Below, in pieces: positions 1 to 12,400 of a DNA stretch of 64,000 nt. Positions within the stretch are counted from its first letter, which is position 1, and each line of letters begins with the position of its first letter. Source of the DNA: an uncultured Spirochaetota bacterium (GTDB taxonomy: Bacteria; Spirochaetota; Spirochaetia; SZUA-6; Fen-1364); contig CAWJSK010000002.1 of the NCBI GenBank assembly GCA_963845535.1, positions 32,001 through 96,000 on the forward strand, given 5' to 3'. Below the pieces are notes generated by a model. That model saw only the letters and a program-made list of their open reading frames with translations, searched no databases and was not told the DNA's origin. The translations under genes and the position numbers were made by a program.

Positions 1-1415
1 TCACCGGGAGCAGCCCCAACGGTGTCAGCGGCATCTTCTCCGGCACGAACACCGCGAACATCGTTGTCCAGCTCACCCCCGTCCAGACGCCGGACCAACG
101 TCTTCCAGCTGATGCCCAAGTATCGCGCGGGCATCCTCTCCCTCTTCCGTGACCAGCCTTCGGCGCAGGTGTTCTTGAACTCGGGGGGAGGGTTCGGCCC
201 CGCGGGGAACTCCCTGCAGCTCGCCGTGGTGTCCCCGGATTTCAACACGCTTCTTAACCGAAACGCCAAGATCCTGCAGGCCATCCAGAAGGACCCGTGG
301 GTCGTGGATGTCTACTCCACGCTCTCCGACACGAACCTTGAGAACGATTTTGTCCCGGATCCCTCCCGCCTGAAGGGAACGGGGATCAGCCCGGCCATGA
401 TCGGCAACGCGTTGCAGACGTACGCCTCGGGCGTCCAGGCCTCCACCGTGGTGACGGGAGGCCTCAGCTACCCCATCCAGGTGCAGGCGGACCCCACCAC
501 TCTGTCCGGCGCGCAGTCCCTGCTCAACCTGCCCATCTATTCGCCGCTTCTGCGGACCACCGTCCAGGTGGGGCAGTTCGGGACTTTCTCCTTCAACCAG
601 GCACCGGTGAACATCAGCAGGTACAACCGCGCCTACACGGGAAACCTGACGATCACCATGACCCCGGAGCGCCTCCGCCCCTCCTGACCATGAAGAACAG
701 GATCACGTCAGACCTAACGAAGGCGGGGTTGCTCGAGGGCGGGATGGACCTCACGACGAACAACCGCTTCAACCCGTGGCCCTTGCCGCGCAGCTTCGTC
801 ACCACGGGGCCGCTCACGTTCCTTCTCGCCCTGTTCCTCGCGTACCTCGTCATGGCTGCGCAGTTCAACTCGTGGCGCTATCCCATCTACCTGCTCCTGC
901 CGGTGCCGCTGGCGCTGATCGGCGCCCTGCTCCTCGTCTTTCACAGGGGGGCGGGCTCGATATGTTCGGCATGATGGGAATGCTGATGCTGATCGGGTTG
1001 TCGGCGAAGAACGCAATTCTGTACCTCGACTTCGTGGTGGAGCGCATCGGGAAGATGCCTTTTTCAAGGATGCCCTGACGAGGCTGCCCGGTTGCGCTTC
1101 CGCCCCATCATCATGACCACCATGACGGTGCTCGTGATCAGCTTCCCGTCTCATTCTGGGAAGAGGCGAGGGGTCCGAGTTCGGGAGAACATGGGCGTGG
1201 TCATGCTGGGGGGAATCCTCTTTTCCGCCATCCTGACGTTCTTCGTTGTGCCCTCGGCTTTCTATCTCTTCGAGCGAAAGCGCGTGGCCCGCGTGGAGGA
1301 GCAGAACCGGGTGCCGCGCGAGATGGCCGCCCGGGGACCCGGGGCGCTTCGCGCTGGAGCCCGCGGTGGGCGGGGAGAGCTCCTGAGCCAGGTCCTCGCC
1401 AGTCCCGGAGGTTAA
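1..1415 (+). CDS. RND (AcrB/AcrD/AcrF family) efflux permease, C-terminal part, split by several frameshifts
   Basis: Successive ORF pieces carry RND motifs: [53 protein letters not shown]. 5' end lies outside the window. Confidence 0.85.
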
Positions 1416-1417
1416 CC

Positions 1418-2311
1418 ATGAACGACTATCACATGCATTCCCATCTTCTGCCGTCACGCGGTCGGGGGGCTCGCTGAATATGCCGAGGGCCGCCTGCGCG
1501 CGAGGAATCCGCGAGATCTGCTTCACTCCGCATATACCACTGCCGGGGTTCCGTCCTGGTTTTTGCGGCGACCGGCTCCGCATGGACGAACGTGAGTTCG
1601 ACGGATACCTCGACGAGCTGGAAAGGACCCGCGCGGCTTTCCCCGATCTCATCATCCTGAGCGGGGTGGAGGCGGACTATATCGCATCCATGGGTACGTA
1701 CATCGAGAGGTTCCTTTCGAAGCATGCTTTCGATTTCGTCCTCATGTCGGTCCACTTCATCTCCGGGTGGAGAAATGACGAGTGGACGTTCGACTTCCAC
1801 AACAGCCGGACCATCCCATCCGCCTACCGGGACTATTTCCAGGAGATGCTCGCCGGCATCAGGACCGGCCTTTTCGACTGCGTTGCGCACCTCGATCTGA
1901 TCAAACAGCCGGGCGCGCCGGCGCTTTCCACCAACCGCGGTGACGTGGAGGGAGTGCTGGAGGCGTGTCGGGCGAGCGGGATGTCCGTGGAGATCAACAC
2001 ATCAGGGACACGCAAGGAGATCGAGGAAACCTATCCCTGCACATGAAATCATCAAGCTCATGATCGAGAGGGAAGTCCCAATCGTGACCGGCTCGGACGC
2101 GCATGCGCCCTCCCAGGTCGGAATGTACTTCGACCAGCTCCACGCCGAGCACGGGGAGCGGCTCGCCGAGCGCCTCGTGCGCTACAGGGGACGGAAGATG
2201 GAGCCCGTGCTTTCCTCGGCGGAAATGGCGTCCGACACCCCTGCCAGCGCTCGCGCTGACGCCCCTGCCGGCACTCGCGGCGGCAGCCGCTCCCGCGCGG
2301 GGCGCGGTTGA
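1418..2311 (+). CDS. HisJ-family histidinol-phosphatase / PHP hydrolase (frameshifted)
   Basis: ATG at 1418 gives MNDYHMHSH. Later motifs CFTPH, GVEADY, SVH, AHLDL, EINTSG, GSDAH fall across three frames. Confidence 0.85.
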
Positions 2312-2342
2312 TCCAGCCCTCCCTCCCCCATACACTTCCCGT

Positions 2343-4889
2343 GTGGACCTCTCTCAGATAGACCTTCCTCTGGTTCCCTTTTTGCCGCAAATATCGGCTC
2401 TCTTGGAAGAGCACCGTGTGCTCGCCCTGACGGCGGAACCCGGCGCCGGGAAGTCCACGCTTGTTCCGCCTTTCCTCCTGGGCGCCTCCTGGCTCGGGGG
2501 GCGCAAGGTCATCATGCTGGAACCGCGTCGTCTTGCGGCTACCGCAATCGCGAGCCGCATAGCGGACCTGCTCGGGGAACCCGTGGGCAGGCGCGCGGGC
2601 TACCGCGTGCGAACGTCCACGCGGGTGAGCCAGGAAACACGGATCGAGGTGGTCACCGAGGCCCTCCTGACGCGCATGATCCAGGAGGACCCCCTTCTTG
2701 AGGGGGCTGGGTGCGTGATCATCGACGAGTTCCACGAGCGCTCCATCCATGCGGACCTCGCGCTGGCTCTTGCCCTCGAGGTGAGGAGAGCGAGGCAGGA
2801 CCTCGCCGTCCTCGTGATGTCAGCCACCCTCGAGACGGAGAGGGTGAGCCGGCTGCTCGAGCCGGGCCAGGAGAATCCATCCGCAATACTGCGATGCCCC
2901 GGAAGATCGTTCCCCGTGAAGACGCTGTACCGGCCAGTTTCCGTCCTTCCTTCGGCCTCGGCGAGGGGATGGGAGGAGGGTTTTGCAAGCGGAGTCGCGG
3001 AGCTCTTCGACGACTCGCCGGGCGACATCCTGGCGTTCGTGCCCGGTGCGGCGGAAATACGGCGGGTGGCCGGCAGGCTGGGGGGACTCCTTGCCGGGCG
3101 CGCCGAAGTGCTCGGGCTGCATGGCCTTCTGCCGCTTGCCGAGCAGCGAAGAATCGCGGCGCGGGAAAGCGGGTCGGCAGGAGCGGGGCTTCGGCGCGTC
3201 ATCGTTTCAACGGCCATCGCCGAAACGAGCCTTACCGTACCAGGGGTACGCACGGTTGCGGACTCGGGCTGGTCGCGCCTTTCCCGTTTTCACCCGGCAA
3301 CGGGACTCGACAGGCTCGTCACCGAGCGCGTGAGCCAGTCATCCGCGGACCAGCGCCGAGGCAGGGCCGCGCGGTTGGGCCCCGGGGTTTGCGTGAGGTT
3401 CTGGAGCGAATCGGAGAAAATCCCCCCCAACGCGGATCCCGAGATTCTCAGGTCCGACCTCTCGGGCCTCGTGCTCGAATGCGCGCTATGGGGCGCGCGG
3501 GACCCTGCCGCGCTGGCATGGATGGATGCGCCGCCGGCTTCCGCATGGGCGCAAGCCTGGGAGACGCTGCGGATGCTTGGCCTGGTGACCGACCGAGGCC
3601 CTACCGCGCTCGGGCGGACGGTCGCGGGTCTTGGCCTCCCTCCGCGCCTGGGGGTCCTGGTCCTTCGCGGGGCTGAGAGCGGTTCCCTCCTGCTGACGGC
3701 CGCCTGCGCGGCGCTCCTGGAGGAAAGGGATTCCTCGGGGCTCACGGGGGACCCGGACGTTCGGCTTCGGCTGGAGCTCCTGCGCCAGGGCAGCCGTGCG
3801 CAGGGCAGCAGCGCGCAGGGCGGAAGCGACTCCTGGCGGCGAGCGGTCATGACTGAGATGGGGCGGATCCTTCGCCGAATGGGGCGACCACTGACCGAGA
3901 ATACCTGGAGAGCTGAGGAGGAGGCTCGCGTTGGAGACCTTCTGGCGTACGCGTTCCCTGACCGCCTGGCGCGGCGAGAGCCGGACGGCACGTACCGCCT
4001 TGTGACGGGCAGGGTGGCTCGCTTTCCGTCAGCGGGCCGCGGCGCGCAGGTCCATGTAGCAAGCCGCGCGGCAACTCCGTGGGTTGCCGCTATTGATGCT
4101 GATGCCGGCGAGACCTCGGGACTGATCCGCCTTGCCGCTCCCGTGAGCGCTGAGGCGGTTGATCGGGTCCTGGCCGCTGTTGCGGCAGAGCAGATGGAAA
4201 TCCGGTGGGAGGGGCTCGTGCCCAAAGGGGCCATGGTGAGGCGGGCGGGGCGGATCACGCTTTCGGAGCGTCCGGTGCGGCCTTCCGCCGAGCAGATAGC
4301 GGCCTCTTTTCGGGAGCGCCTTTCCCGGGACGGCTTGGGAAACCTGCCGTGGAACGAGACCTCGCAAGCGCTCCTGGCGCGGTTACGGTTCTTTGCGCGA
4401 GCGCGGTCAGAGGCGGGACTTGGCGATCTCAGCGATTCGGGCCTTGCCGAGCGCAGCGTGGAGTGGCTGGAGCCTTTCCTGAAGCTGGACGGCGGGCACG
4501 TCATAGGCGCGGAAAAGCTTCGCGCGGCGCTTCAAGGCATCCTCGGAAACCACGCCGCTCAATTTCGCGTCGAAGCGCCCGAGTCCATCACGCTGCCTAC
4601 CGGCGGAAAGCGGAGGATCGACTACAGCGGGGACGCCCCGGCCGTGGAGGCGCGCATCCAGGAGGTTTTCGGGCTTTCGGAAAGCCCGCTCATTTGCGGG
4701 GTCCGCCTGACGTTCCGTCTCCTGTCACCCGCGCACCGTCCGTTGCAGGTGACCCGAGACCTGGCAGGGTTCTGGCGCAGCACGTACGCCGACGTGCGCA
4801 AGGAAATGCGCGGCCGCTACCCCAAGCACTACTGGCCGGAGGACCCGTTGCGGGCGGAGCCGACCTCACGGGTCAGACCCCGCCGGTGA
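2343..4889 (+). CDS. hrpB: ATP-dependent helicase HrpB
   Basis: AEPGAGKST, DEFHER, MSAT, TAIAETSLT, QRRGRAAR and the HrpB C-terminus LLSPAHRPLQVTRDL...YPKHYWP. Likely GTG start at 2343. Confidence 0.95.
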   Translation: MDLSQIDLPLVPFLPQISALLEEHRVLALTAEPGAGKSTLVPPFLLGASWLGGRKVIMLEPRRLAATAIASRIADLLGEPVGRRAGYRVRTSTRVSQETRIEVVTEALLTRMIQEDPLLEGAGCVIIDEFHERSIHADLALALALEVRRARQDLAVLVMSATLETERVSRLLEPGQENPSAILRCPGRSFPVKTLYRPVSVLPSASARGWEEGFASGVAELFDDSPGDILAFVPGAAEIRRVAGRLGGLLAGRAEVLGLHGLLPLAEQRRIAARESGSAGAGLRRVIVSTAIAETSLTVPGVRTVADSGWSRLSRFHPATGLDRLVTERVSQSSADQRRGRAARLGPGVCVRFWSESEKIPPNADPEILRSDLSGLVLECALWGARDPAALAWMDAPPASAWAQAWETLRMLGLVTDRGPTALGRTVAGLGLPPRLGVLVLRGAESGSLLLTAACAALLEERDSSGLTGDPDVRLRLELLRQGSRAQGSSAQGGSDSWRRAVMTEMGRILRRMGRPLTENTWRAEEEARVGDLLAYAFPDRLARREPDGTYRLVTGRVARFPSAGRGAQVHVASRAATPWVAAIDADAGETSGLIRLAAPVSAEAVDRVLAAVAAEQMEIRWEGLVPKGAMVRRAGRITLSERPVRPSAEQIAASFRERLSRDGLGNLPWNETSQALLARLRFFARARSEAGLGDLSDSGLAERSVEWLEPFLKLDGGHVIGAEKLRAALQGILGNHAAQFRVEAPESITLPTGGKRRIDYSGDAPAVEARIQEVFGLSESPLICGVRLTFRLLSPAHRPLQVTRDLAGFWRSTYADVRKEMRGRYPKHYWPEDPLRAEPTSRVRPRR

Positions 4890-5073
4890 GGCTCCGCTGT
4901 CCAGGCAGCGGGGCTGAGGCACTGGGCGGGGCCACCTCGGCCTCGGGGCGGCCCGGGGGCAGGCACCGTTGGTTTGACTCCCTCCTGATATATAAGCATA
5001 TTGGTGTATAAGTTTTTTCATATACACCGGGTACGCAGAGACTGGTACGCTGGGACTGAACAGGAGAACCGAT

Positions 5074-5430
5074 ATGACCGAGCACCTGACGAAAGACACA
5101 TTCGTCTCGAAGGTATTCGACTACGAGAAGAACGCGGAATGGAAGTTCCAGGGGACCGTCCCCACCATCATCGATTTCTGGGCGGAATGGTGCGGGCCCT
5201 GCAAGATGATCTCCCCGGTCCTCGAGGAGATTGCCAAGGAGTATGACGGCAAGCTGAACGTCTACAAAGTCAATGTCGACGAAGAGACGGACGTGGCTTC
5301 CGTGTTTGGGATCCAGAGCATCCCAAGCCTGCTTTTCATCCCTATGGATGACAAGCCCCGGCTCGCCGTTGGAGCGCTTCCCAAGGCGGGAATCCTCAAG
5401 CTGGTGAAGGACGTCCTGAAAATCGAGTAG
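5074..5430 (+). CDS. trxA: Thioredoxin
   Basis: DFWAEWCGPCK active site, 118 aa. Confidence 0.95.
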   Translation: MTEHLTKDTFVSKVFDYEKNAEWKFQGTVPTIIDFWAEWCGPCKMISPVLEEIAKEYDGKLNVYKVNVDEETDVASVFGIQSIPSLLFIPMDDKPRLAVGALPKAGILKLVKDVLKIE

Positions 5431-5438
5431 GCCGCCTG

Positions 5439-6285
5439 CTACAGCGCTCGGGAAGCGAGCAGCCGGTCCCGCAAGCGGGTCCGGCAGCCGCGCAAGGAGT
5501 CGGGCGCCGAGCTTTCCGTCCCGCCCGACCGGGTAGCGCGTGCGCGGCCTGCGCGCCGTAAGCGCTTCCTCCACAACGCGGGCAACCTGCTCCGGTGGGA
5601 TTCCGCGCCTCGCGGCGCTCTCCGCTCCCGCCCTTGTTCGTGAGATGGCCTGGCCGTAAAGCTCCCGGGCCCGGTCCGGCATGCGGCCCATCAGGAGGTC
5701 TGCAGTTTTTGCGCCGGCCTCCCAGATGGGAGTTGCCACCGCGCCGGGCTCAATGCTCGCCACGCGGATGTGCCACGGCGCGAGCTCTTGCCTGAGGGTG
5801 TCAGTGAGCGCCTCAATTGCGAACTTGGAGGCGTGGTAGGCCCCCAGCATTGGCCCCGAGATTCTCCCGCCCACCGAGCTTATGTTGATGATTCTTCCTT
5901 TCGCCGTCCTGAGGAGCTCCACAAGGGCCTGGGTGAGGGCAAGCTGCCCAATGAGGTTGACCTCTATCTGCCGACGGAACTCGTCGATGGGGATGAACTC
6001 CAGCGGCGCGGGCACGGCAATGCCCGCGTTGTTGACAAGGCCATCCAGTCCTGCGGCGCCAACTATGTCCTTTACCATCCTTGCCGCCTCCAGAATCTGG
6101 TCCCGGTTCGTGATGTCCAGGATGACGGACTTGAGACGACCAGAGGCCGCGCTGCGCAGGCTCTCTGCGTCCTCCTTCTTGCGAACGCCCGCAATCACCG
6201 TGAATCCCTTGGCATCGAGATGCAGCGCCGTTGCGCGTCCTATCCCTTTGGATGCCCCACTGATGAGAACCGTCGCCACTGCCAA
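5439..6285 (-). CDS. Short-chain dehydrogenase/reductase (SDR)
   Basis: SGASKGIG, NNAG, YHASK. True stop probably TAG at 5439 after a 1-nt frameshift near 5485; the track ORF overruns into trxA. Confidence 0.85.
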
Positions 6286-6335
6286 TCACCTCTTGCAGCT
6301 AATATAACGAATCGATGCTCGTCGTCGCTGCTTTC

Positions 6336-7764
6336 TCAAGCCTTGCGAGGGAGAAATTGCACCAGGAGCGCGAGGACAACCCCGACGGCTATCAGGAACA
6401 TCAGGCTGACGCTGAACGCGTGCGCGTACACTCCCGGGGAGGTCCCAGCCCGGCCGAGAACACCGTAGAAAAAGATTCCAATCAGGGAAATGCCAAAGGC
6501 GTTTCCCACCTGGACGCCTGTGCTGAGAATCCCGGACGCGGTCCCGGCGTGCTCGGGACGCACGCGTGAAAGCACGGTTCCCGCCAGCGGGGCGATGGCC
6601 AGGCCCATCCCGGCTCCGTCGATGACCAGCGCGGGGATCAGCGCTGCAAGGGGCCCGCCCACGCCGACACGCGAAACGATGATGAGCAGAAGCGCCAGGC
6701 CGGCTGCCCTGAGAATGCCGCCGAGGGCAATCGTCTGTCTTCCCATCCTGGCTGCAATGATCCGTGCCGCGCTGGAGCTTGCCATGTAGCCGGCTCCGAT
6801 GGCGCCGAAGACCATGCCGGCGCCCAGGGCGTCCAGCCCGCGGCCTCCCTGCATATAGTAGGCCAGGACGAGGAAGTACGAGGCCTGCCCCATCCAGAAG
6901 ACGAGCTGCGCAATCAGGCCGACGCTGAACGCCTTCTCCCGAAACAGCCTCATGTCGATCAAGGGAAAGCCGCCGCGCGCGCCCAGGCGCCGTTGATGGA
7001 AAACCAGGACAACGAGCAGGATCACGGAAGCGCCAAGGCTCACGCGAGCCCAGAGCGGCCACTCCTGCTGGCGCCCTTCAATGAGCGGCAGGACAACGGC
7101 CAGCAGGGACAGGGTCACAAGGACCACCCCCATCACGTCCAGCCGTGGGCGTAAGGGTGACCGCGATTCCACGATGTGCCTGCGGCTCAGGAAAAGGGCA
7201 ACGGCGCCAATTGGAACGTTGACCAGGAAGCACAGGCGCCAGTCCAGCCCGAAAAGGTCCAGCTTGATGAGAAGGCCGCCAAGGAGCTGGCCAAAGACCG
7301 CAGCCACTCCCATGGTCATGCCATACGCGTTGATAGCGCGAGCGCGCGCATCGCCGGTGTAGACTGTTCCGATTATTGCCAGGACCTGGGGAGCCATGAA
7401 CCCCGCGGCAAGTCCCTGGAGAATACGGGCCACCAGCAGGAACGCGGCGCTTGGAGCCAGGCCGCAGGCGGCGGAGGCCAGCGTGAAGAACGCCATGGAA
7501 AGAATGAACATCCGGCGGCGGCCAATCATGTCGCCAAGCCGCCCCCCGGTAATCAGGACGGATCCGTATGCCAGCGCATAGCCGGCAATGATCAGCTGGA
7601 TGCCTGCCGACGTGGCTCCCAGGTCCCGCTGGATGGACGGCATTGCGGACATTGACGATGAAGAAATCCAGTGTGCTCATGAAAAGCCCGGCCAGGACCG
7701 CGGCAAGGGCGCCCCATGCGGGCGCAGAAGCGGGAGCGCCCTCCCGCAAGATCATTGTGCTCAT
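6336..7764 (-). CDS. MFS transporter, DHA2/EmrB-QacA type (frameshift near 7650)
   Basis: FMSTLDFFIVNV N-terminus, GRLGDMIGRRR, WRLCFLVNVPIG, many TM helices. Confidence 0.9.
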
Positions 7765-7817
7765 GACTGATCCTCCCCCATGACGGGAAGATCGCAGTCA
7801 GAGACCTGGGGCGTCGA

Positions 7818-8633
7818 TTACGCCGGAGGTAAAGAAGGGTCTGAGATCTGGCGGAGCGTATCTCTGCTAGCGTTATCCGCGGGGAAAAGGGTTTCGATCC
7901 GCAGCTCCTGAAGCGTCACGTCCTGCGGAGATCCGAAGGTCGTGATGAAAGTCCACAGGTCCAGGGAGAGCGGTCCTCGACGGAACCGTACCGGCGTCAG
8001 GGGTTTGGTGGGCACATACCCCTGCGCATGGATCCGGGAGCTGATGGGGAGGATCTCCTGAAGCAGCCTCTCATCTTCATCGGTGCGCTGGCGCAGGCCG
8101 CCGATCTCGCGCCGGACGCGCTCGAACACGTGCATTGCCACCCCAGTCCAGTTTTCGACGAAGAGACGCATGCCGTTTTCGGAGGCCATGAGCCGGGCGA
8201 TGTTCGGCAACGGGGGCAGTGCGGTTGCGCAGAAAGCGCGGAGGAGAGCCAGGGCGGAATTGTTTGCCATGATGACGTCCCAGCGTCTATTAAGGACCAT
8301 TGTCGGGTTGGGCTCGCTGGCGCGAAGGATCTGCCCCAGCGCAGCGCGAACATCCGCCAGCGCTTTGTCGTCAATCGGAGTCTCCTTGTACACGGCCGCG
8401 TACCCCGCTGCTTCCAGGAGGACGTTCTTGTCACGGAGAGACAACCCCAACGTCTCGGCCAGCCCTAGCACCATCTCCCGGCTGGGAGCGGACCTGCCCG
8501 TTTCCACGAAGCTGAGGTGTCGCGCTGAAATACCGGCCTCCAGGGCAAGATCGAGCTGGCTCATGCCCCGAGCGCTCCGGTGGGCGCGAAGGAGAGAGCC
8601 GATGGCGGCCAGACGAGCTTCCCTGACGCTCAC
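7818..8633 (-). CDS. XRE-family HTH regulator with MmyB-like ligand-binding domain
   Basis: MSQLDLALEAGISARHLSFVETGRSAPS; TTFGSPQDVTLQELRIETLFPAD. GTG start overlaps the upstream stop. Confidence 0.85.
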   Translation of the reverse strand: MSVREARLAAIGSLLRAHRSARGMSQLDLALEAGISARHLSFVETGRSAPSREMVLGLAETLGLSLRDKNVLLEAAGYAAVYKETPIDDKALADVRAALGQILRASEPNPTMVLNRRWDVIMANNSALALLRAFCATALPPLPNIARLMASENGMRLFVENWTGVAMHVFERVRREIGGLRQRTDEDERLLQEILPISSRIHAQGYVPTKPLTPVRFRRGPLSLDLWTFITTFGSPQDVTLQELRIETLFPADNASRDTLRQISDPSLPPA

Positions 8634-9274
8634 CTTTTTTCCCTGCGCATGACCATGGCGCCAGGTCCGACGGCAGCCGCAAAGCGATCCCCGGCCCTTC
8701 TGCCGCCAATAAGCGCGTTGAAGTGCATGGGGATGGCGAGCGTAGCGCCCAACCCTCGACACAGCGCCGCGGCTGCTCTCCAGTTCATGGTGAACATCCC
8801 GCCCACGGGCAGAAGCGCTATGTCGGGGCGAAGACCCTCCATCTCCGGAAGGGGGTCGGTGTCCCCCGCGTGGTACACCCGCACGCCGTCGACCTCGACG
8901 ACGTATCCCAGCCAGCTACCGGACTTGGGGTGAAACCGCTTTGCCACATTGTAGGAGGGCAGGCCGGTGATTTTTACGGCCCCGATCCTCTCCGTCTGTC
9001 CCGGCGCAAATCCTCTCTGGCCAGGCCCGGCGCAGGACATTGGGAGCACTACCACGGTTTCCGCCCCGCGCAAGCCTTCGATTGCCTGCCGATCATAGTG
9101 GTCCTGGTGGGGGTGCGTCACCAGGACGAGCGTGGCCGGACCGGCGGAGGAAGGCACCCGAAACGGGTCGATGAATATTCTGCTTCCCGCTGTGGTGATG
9201 CGAAAGGCGGACTGCCCGAACCAGCTCAGGTGTTCTTGCGTCCAGCGCTTCAGGTCCTCGACGGTTGCTGCCAT
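8630..9274 (-). CDS. MBL-fold metallo-hydrolase
   Basis: THPHQDH, YHAGDT, IPMH motifs. Confidence 0.9.
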   Translation of the reverse strand: MAATVEDLKRWTQEHLSWFGQSAFRITTAGSRIFIDPFRVPSSAGPATLVLVTHPHQDHYDRQAIEGLRGAETVVVLPMSCAGPGQRGFAPGQTERIGAVKITGLPSYNVAKRFHPKSGSWLGYVVEVDGVRVYHAGDTDPLPEMEGLRPDIALLPVGGMFTMNWRAAAALCRGLGATLAIPMHFNALIGGRRAGDRFAAAVGPGAMVMRREKR

Positions 9275-9415
9275 GATCTGTCCTCCCCGAGTGAGAAATG
9301 TGATGCCGCGACACTCAGCAGTCAATACATTGAGAGACACGTGCCGCCCGCGGCACGGTTGACTATTTATGCACTACATGCATAACTGGCGAACCAAAGA
9401 AGGAAGGGACACGAG

Positions 9416-12400
9416 ATGGGCCCCACGGGAGATGACCCGCGAGTCAGGATGCAGCGGGAAGGGTTGTACGACCCTTCTTACGAGCACTCGAGCTGCGGGG
9501 TGGGGTTTGTCGTCAATGTCGACGGCCACCGCACCCACCAGATCGTCACCAACGGCATAACGATCCTCAAGAACCTCGTCCACCGGGGCGCGGTTGGCGG
9601 GGATTCCCGCACGGGAGACGGCGCCGGCATGATGACCCAGATGCCGCACCGCTTCCTTGCCCGGGAGGCATCCGCGCTGGGCTTCACGCTTCCCGCGGAG
9701 GGGAGCTATGGCGTTGCGGTTTTTTTCCTTCCCCGTGACAACGCACGCCGCACAAAGGCCGTGGCGCTCATCGAAGGAGTTGTGGAGGCTGAGGGCGGCA
9801 CCGTGCTGGGTTGGCGGGACGTGCCCGTGGACCCTGAGCTCCTTGGTGACCTGGCGCTGGAATCCATGCCGCATATCTCCCAGCTATTCGCGGTCTTCGG
9901 CGAGCTGACCGGAGAAGACCTCGAACGCAAGCTGTATGTAACGCGCAAGGTGATCGAATCCACCGCCATGGGACACGGCTTCTCCCTGGAGGATGTGTAC
10001 GTCTCATCCTTCTCCGGCAGGACCATCGTCTACAAAGGGCTTTTCGTTGCGCCGCAGCTCGAGGGCTTCTATCCGGACCTCGCCGACCCTGAGTTCGAGA
10101 GCGCCCTTGCGGTGATCCATCAGCGCTACAGCACGAACACCTTCCCGTCCTGGCACAACTCGCAGCCGTTCCGCTACATCGCGCACAACGGTGAGATCAA
10201 TACCCTGCGGGGCAACGTCAACAAGATCAACGCCCGTGAGAAGACGATGTCATCTCCGCTTTTCGGGGACGATATCAGCAAGCTCTCTCCCGTCATCACT
10301 CCGAGCTTGAGCGATTCGGGGATCTTCGACAACGTCCTCGAGCTTCTCGTGGCGGGCGGACGGTCCGTGGAGCACGCCCTCATGATGATGGTGCCTGAGG
10401 CGTTCGGCGCGCGCTACCACATGAGCGAGGACAAGCGGGCCTTCTACGAGTACCACGCGGCAATCATGGAGCCCTGGGACGGCCCGGCGGCAATATCGTT
10501 CTCGGACGGCATCAAGGTCGGCTCCATCCTGGACAGGAACGGCCTTCGCCCGGCCCGCTACGTCGTGACCCGGAGCGGCCTCGTGGTCCTGGCCTCTGAA
10601 ACGGGCGTCCTGGACATTCCGCCTGAGGACATCCTGCAGAAGGGCCGCCTGGCGCCCGGGAAGATGCTCATCGTTGATACCGAGCAGAAGCGGATCATCT
10701 ACGACAACGAGATCAAGGCATCCGTGTCGCGGCGCCGGCCCTATCGGCGCTGGCTGGACGCAAACCGCATCGAGATGAGAGGTTTGTTCCAGGTCTCGGG
10801 CCCCGTGCGCACGGACCGCCAGACCCTGCTGGAGAAGCAGTGGCTGTTCGGCTACACGGTGGAGGACATCGAGATGATCATCACGCCCATGGTGATGAAC
10901 GCCCAGGAGCCCATCAGCTCCATGGGAGATGACCAGAGCCTTGCCGTTCTCTCCGAGAGGCCGCAGATACTCTACAACTATTTCAAGCAGCTCTTCGCCC
11001 AGGTGACCAACCCGCCCATCGACCCCTACCGGGAGAACCTCGTCATGTCGCTCATGAGCTTCACCGGCCGGGAGAGGAACCTTCTGGACGAGACCCCCGA
11101 GCACTGCCGCCAGCTAAAGCTCCCTCATCCCGTCCTGACGAACGACGACATGGACAAGCTGCGCACGCTGGACAGGAACGGGTACCGGGCGTGCGTCATC
11201 TCGATGACCTTCAGCGCGGCTGACGGGGAGCCAGGCCTGGAGAAGGCGCTCGCCGCCCTGTGCGCGGAAGCGGAGGCGAAAGTCGACATCGGCTACACCA
11301 TGCTGATCCTTTCCGACCGGGAGGTGAGCATGAAGCGCGCGCCCATTCCCGCGCTCCTTGCCACCTCAGCGCTCCACCATCACCTCACCCGGGTGAAGAA
11401 GCGCCACCTCACCGCCATCGTCATTGAGACCGCGGAGGCGCGGGAAGTCATGCACTTCGCCACGCTGATCGGTTTCGGCGCCAGCGCGGTGAACCCCTAC
11501 CTTGTGCTGGAGACTATCGCGGACCTCCTGGAGCGCCAGAAGATCGACCACGGCATGCTCCTGGAGACGGCCATCGAGCAGTACATCACGGCCATCAAGA
11601 AGGGCCTCCTGAAGGTGATGTCCAAGATGGGCGTTTCGACCATCCGGAGCTACAAGAGCGCGCAGATCTTCGAGGCCGTGGGGCTTGCCGCTGATTTCGT
11701 GAACAAGTATTTCCCGGGAACGCCGTCTCGGATTGGCGGGATCGGGATCGAGGGCATAGCCCGTGAGACGCTGGAACGCCACCGCGCCACGTATTCCCGG
11801 ACCCCCGCTGAACGCGAGCGGCTGGACTCCGGGGGAAGCATTCATTACCGGGCCTTCTCCGAAGGGCACCGTCTGACCCCGCAAGCCATTGCTTTGCTGC
11901 AAAGGGCGGTGCGGGAAGACAACTTCGAGCTGTACAAGCAATACGCGGCCATCATGAATGATCACTCGCGAAACCTGTGCACGCTCCGAGGCTTGTTCGC
12001 CTTCACGAAGCGCGACCCGGTTCCCCTGGAAGGAGGTGGAGCCGTGGGAGAAGATCGTCAAGAGGTTCGTGACCTCCGCCATGTCGTTCGGCTCCATCAG
12101 CAAGGAAGCGCATGAGACCCTTGCCATCGCCATGAACCGGCTCGGCGCCGCGTCCAACTCCGGTGAGGGGGGGGAGGACGAAGCCCGCTACGAGCTTCTC
12201 CCCAACGGGGACTCCGCGCGCAGCGCCATCAAGCAGGTGGCCTCCGCCCGCTTCGGCGTGACCTCCTGGTACCTCGTGAACTCCCGGGAGCTGCAGATCA
12301 AGATGGCGCAGGGGGCAAAGCCCGGCGAGGGCGGCCAGCTTGCCGGCCTCAAGGTTGACGCGACCATTGCCAAGGTGCGCCACTCCACCCCGGGGGTCAC

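Noticed and set aside
3786..3830. Three 15-bp tandem repeats in hrpB (QGSRA QGSSA QGGSD)
   Set aside because: A short in-frame linker expansion with no evidence of function.
4873..5438. C-terminal extension of the SDR overlapping trxA
   Set aside because: Frameshift read-through into the antisense strand of trxA.
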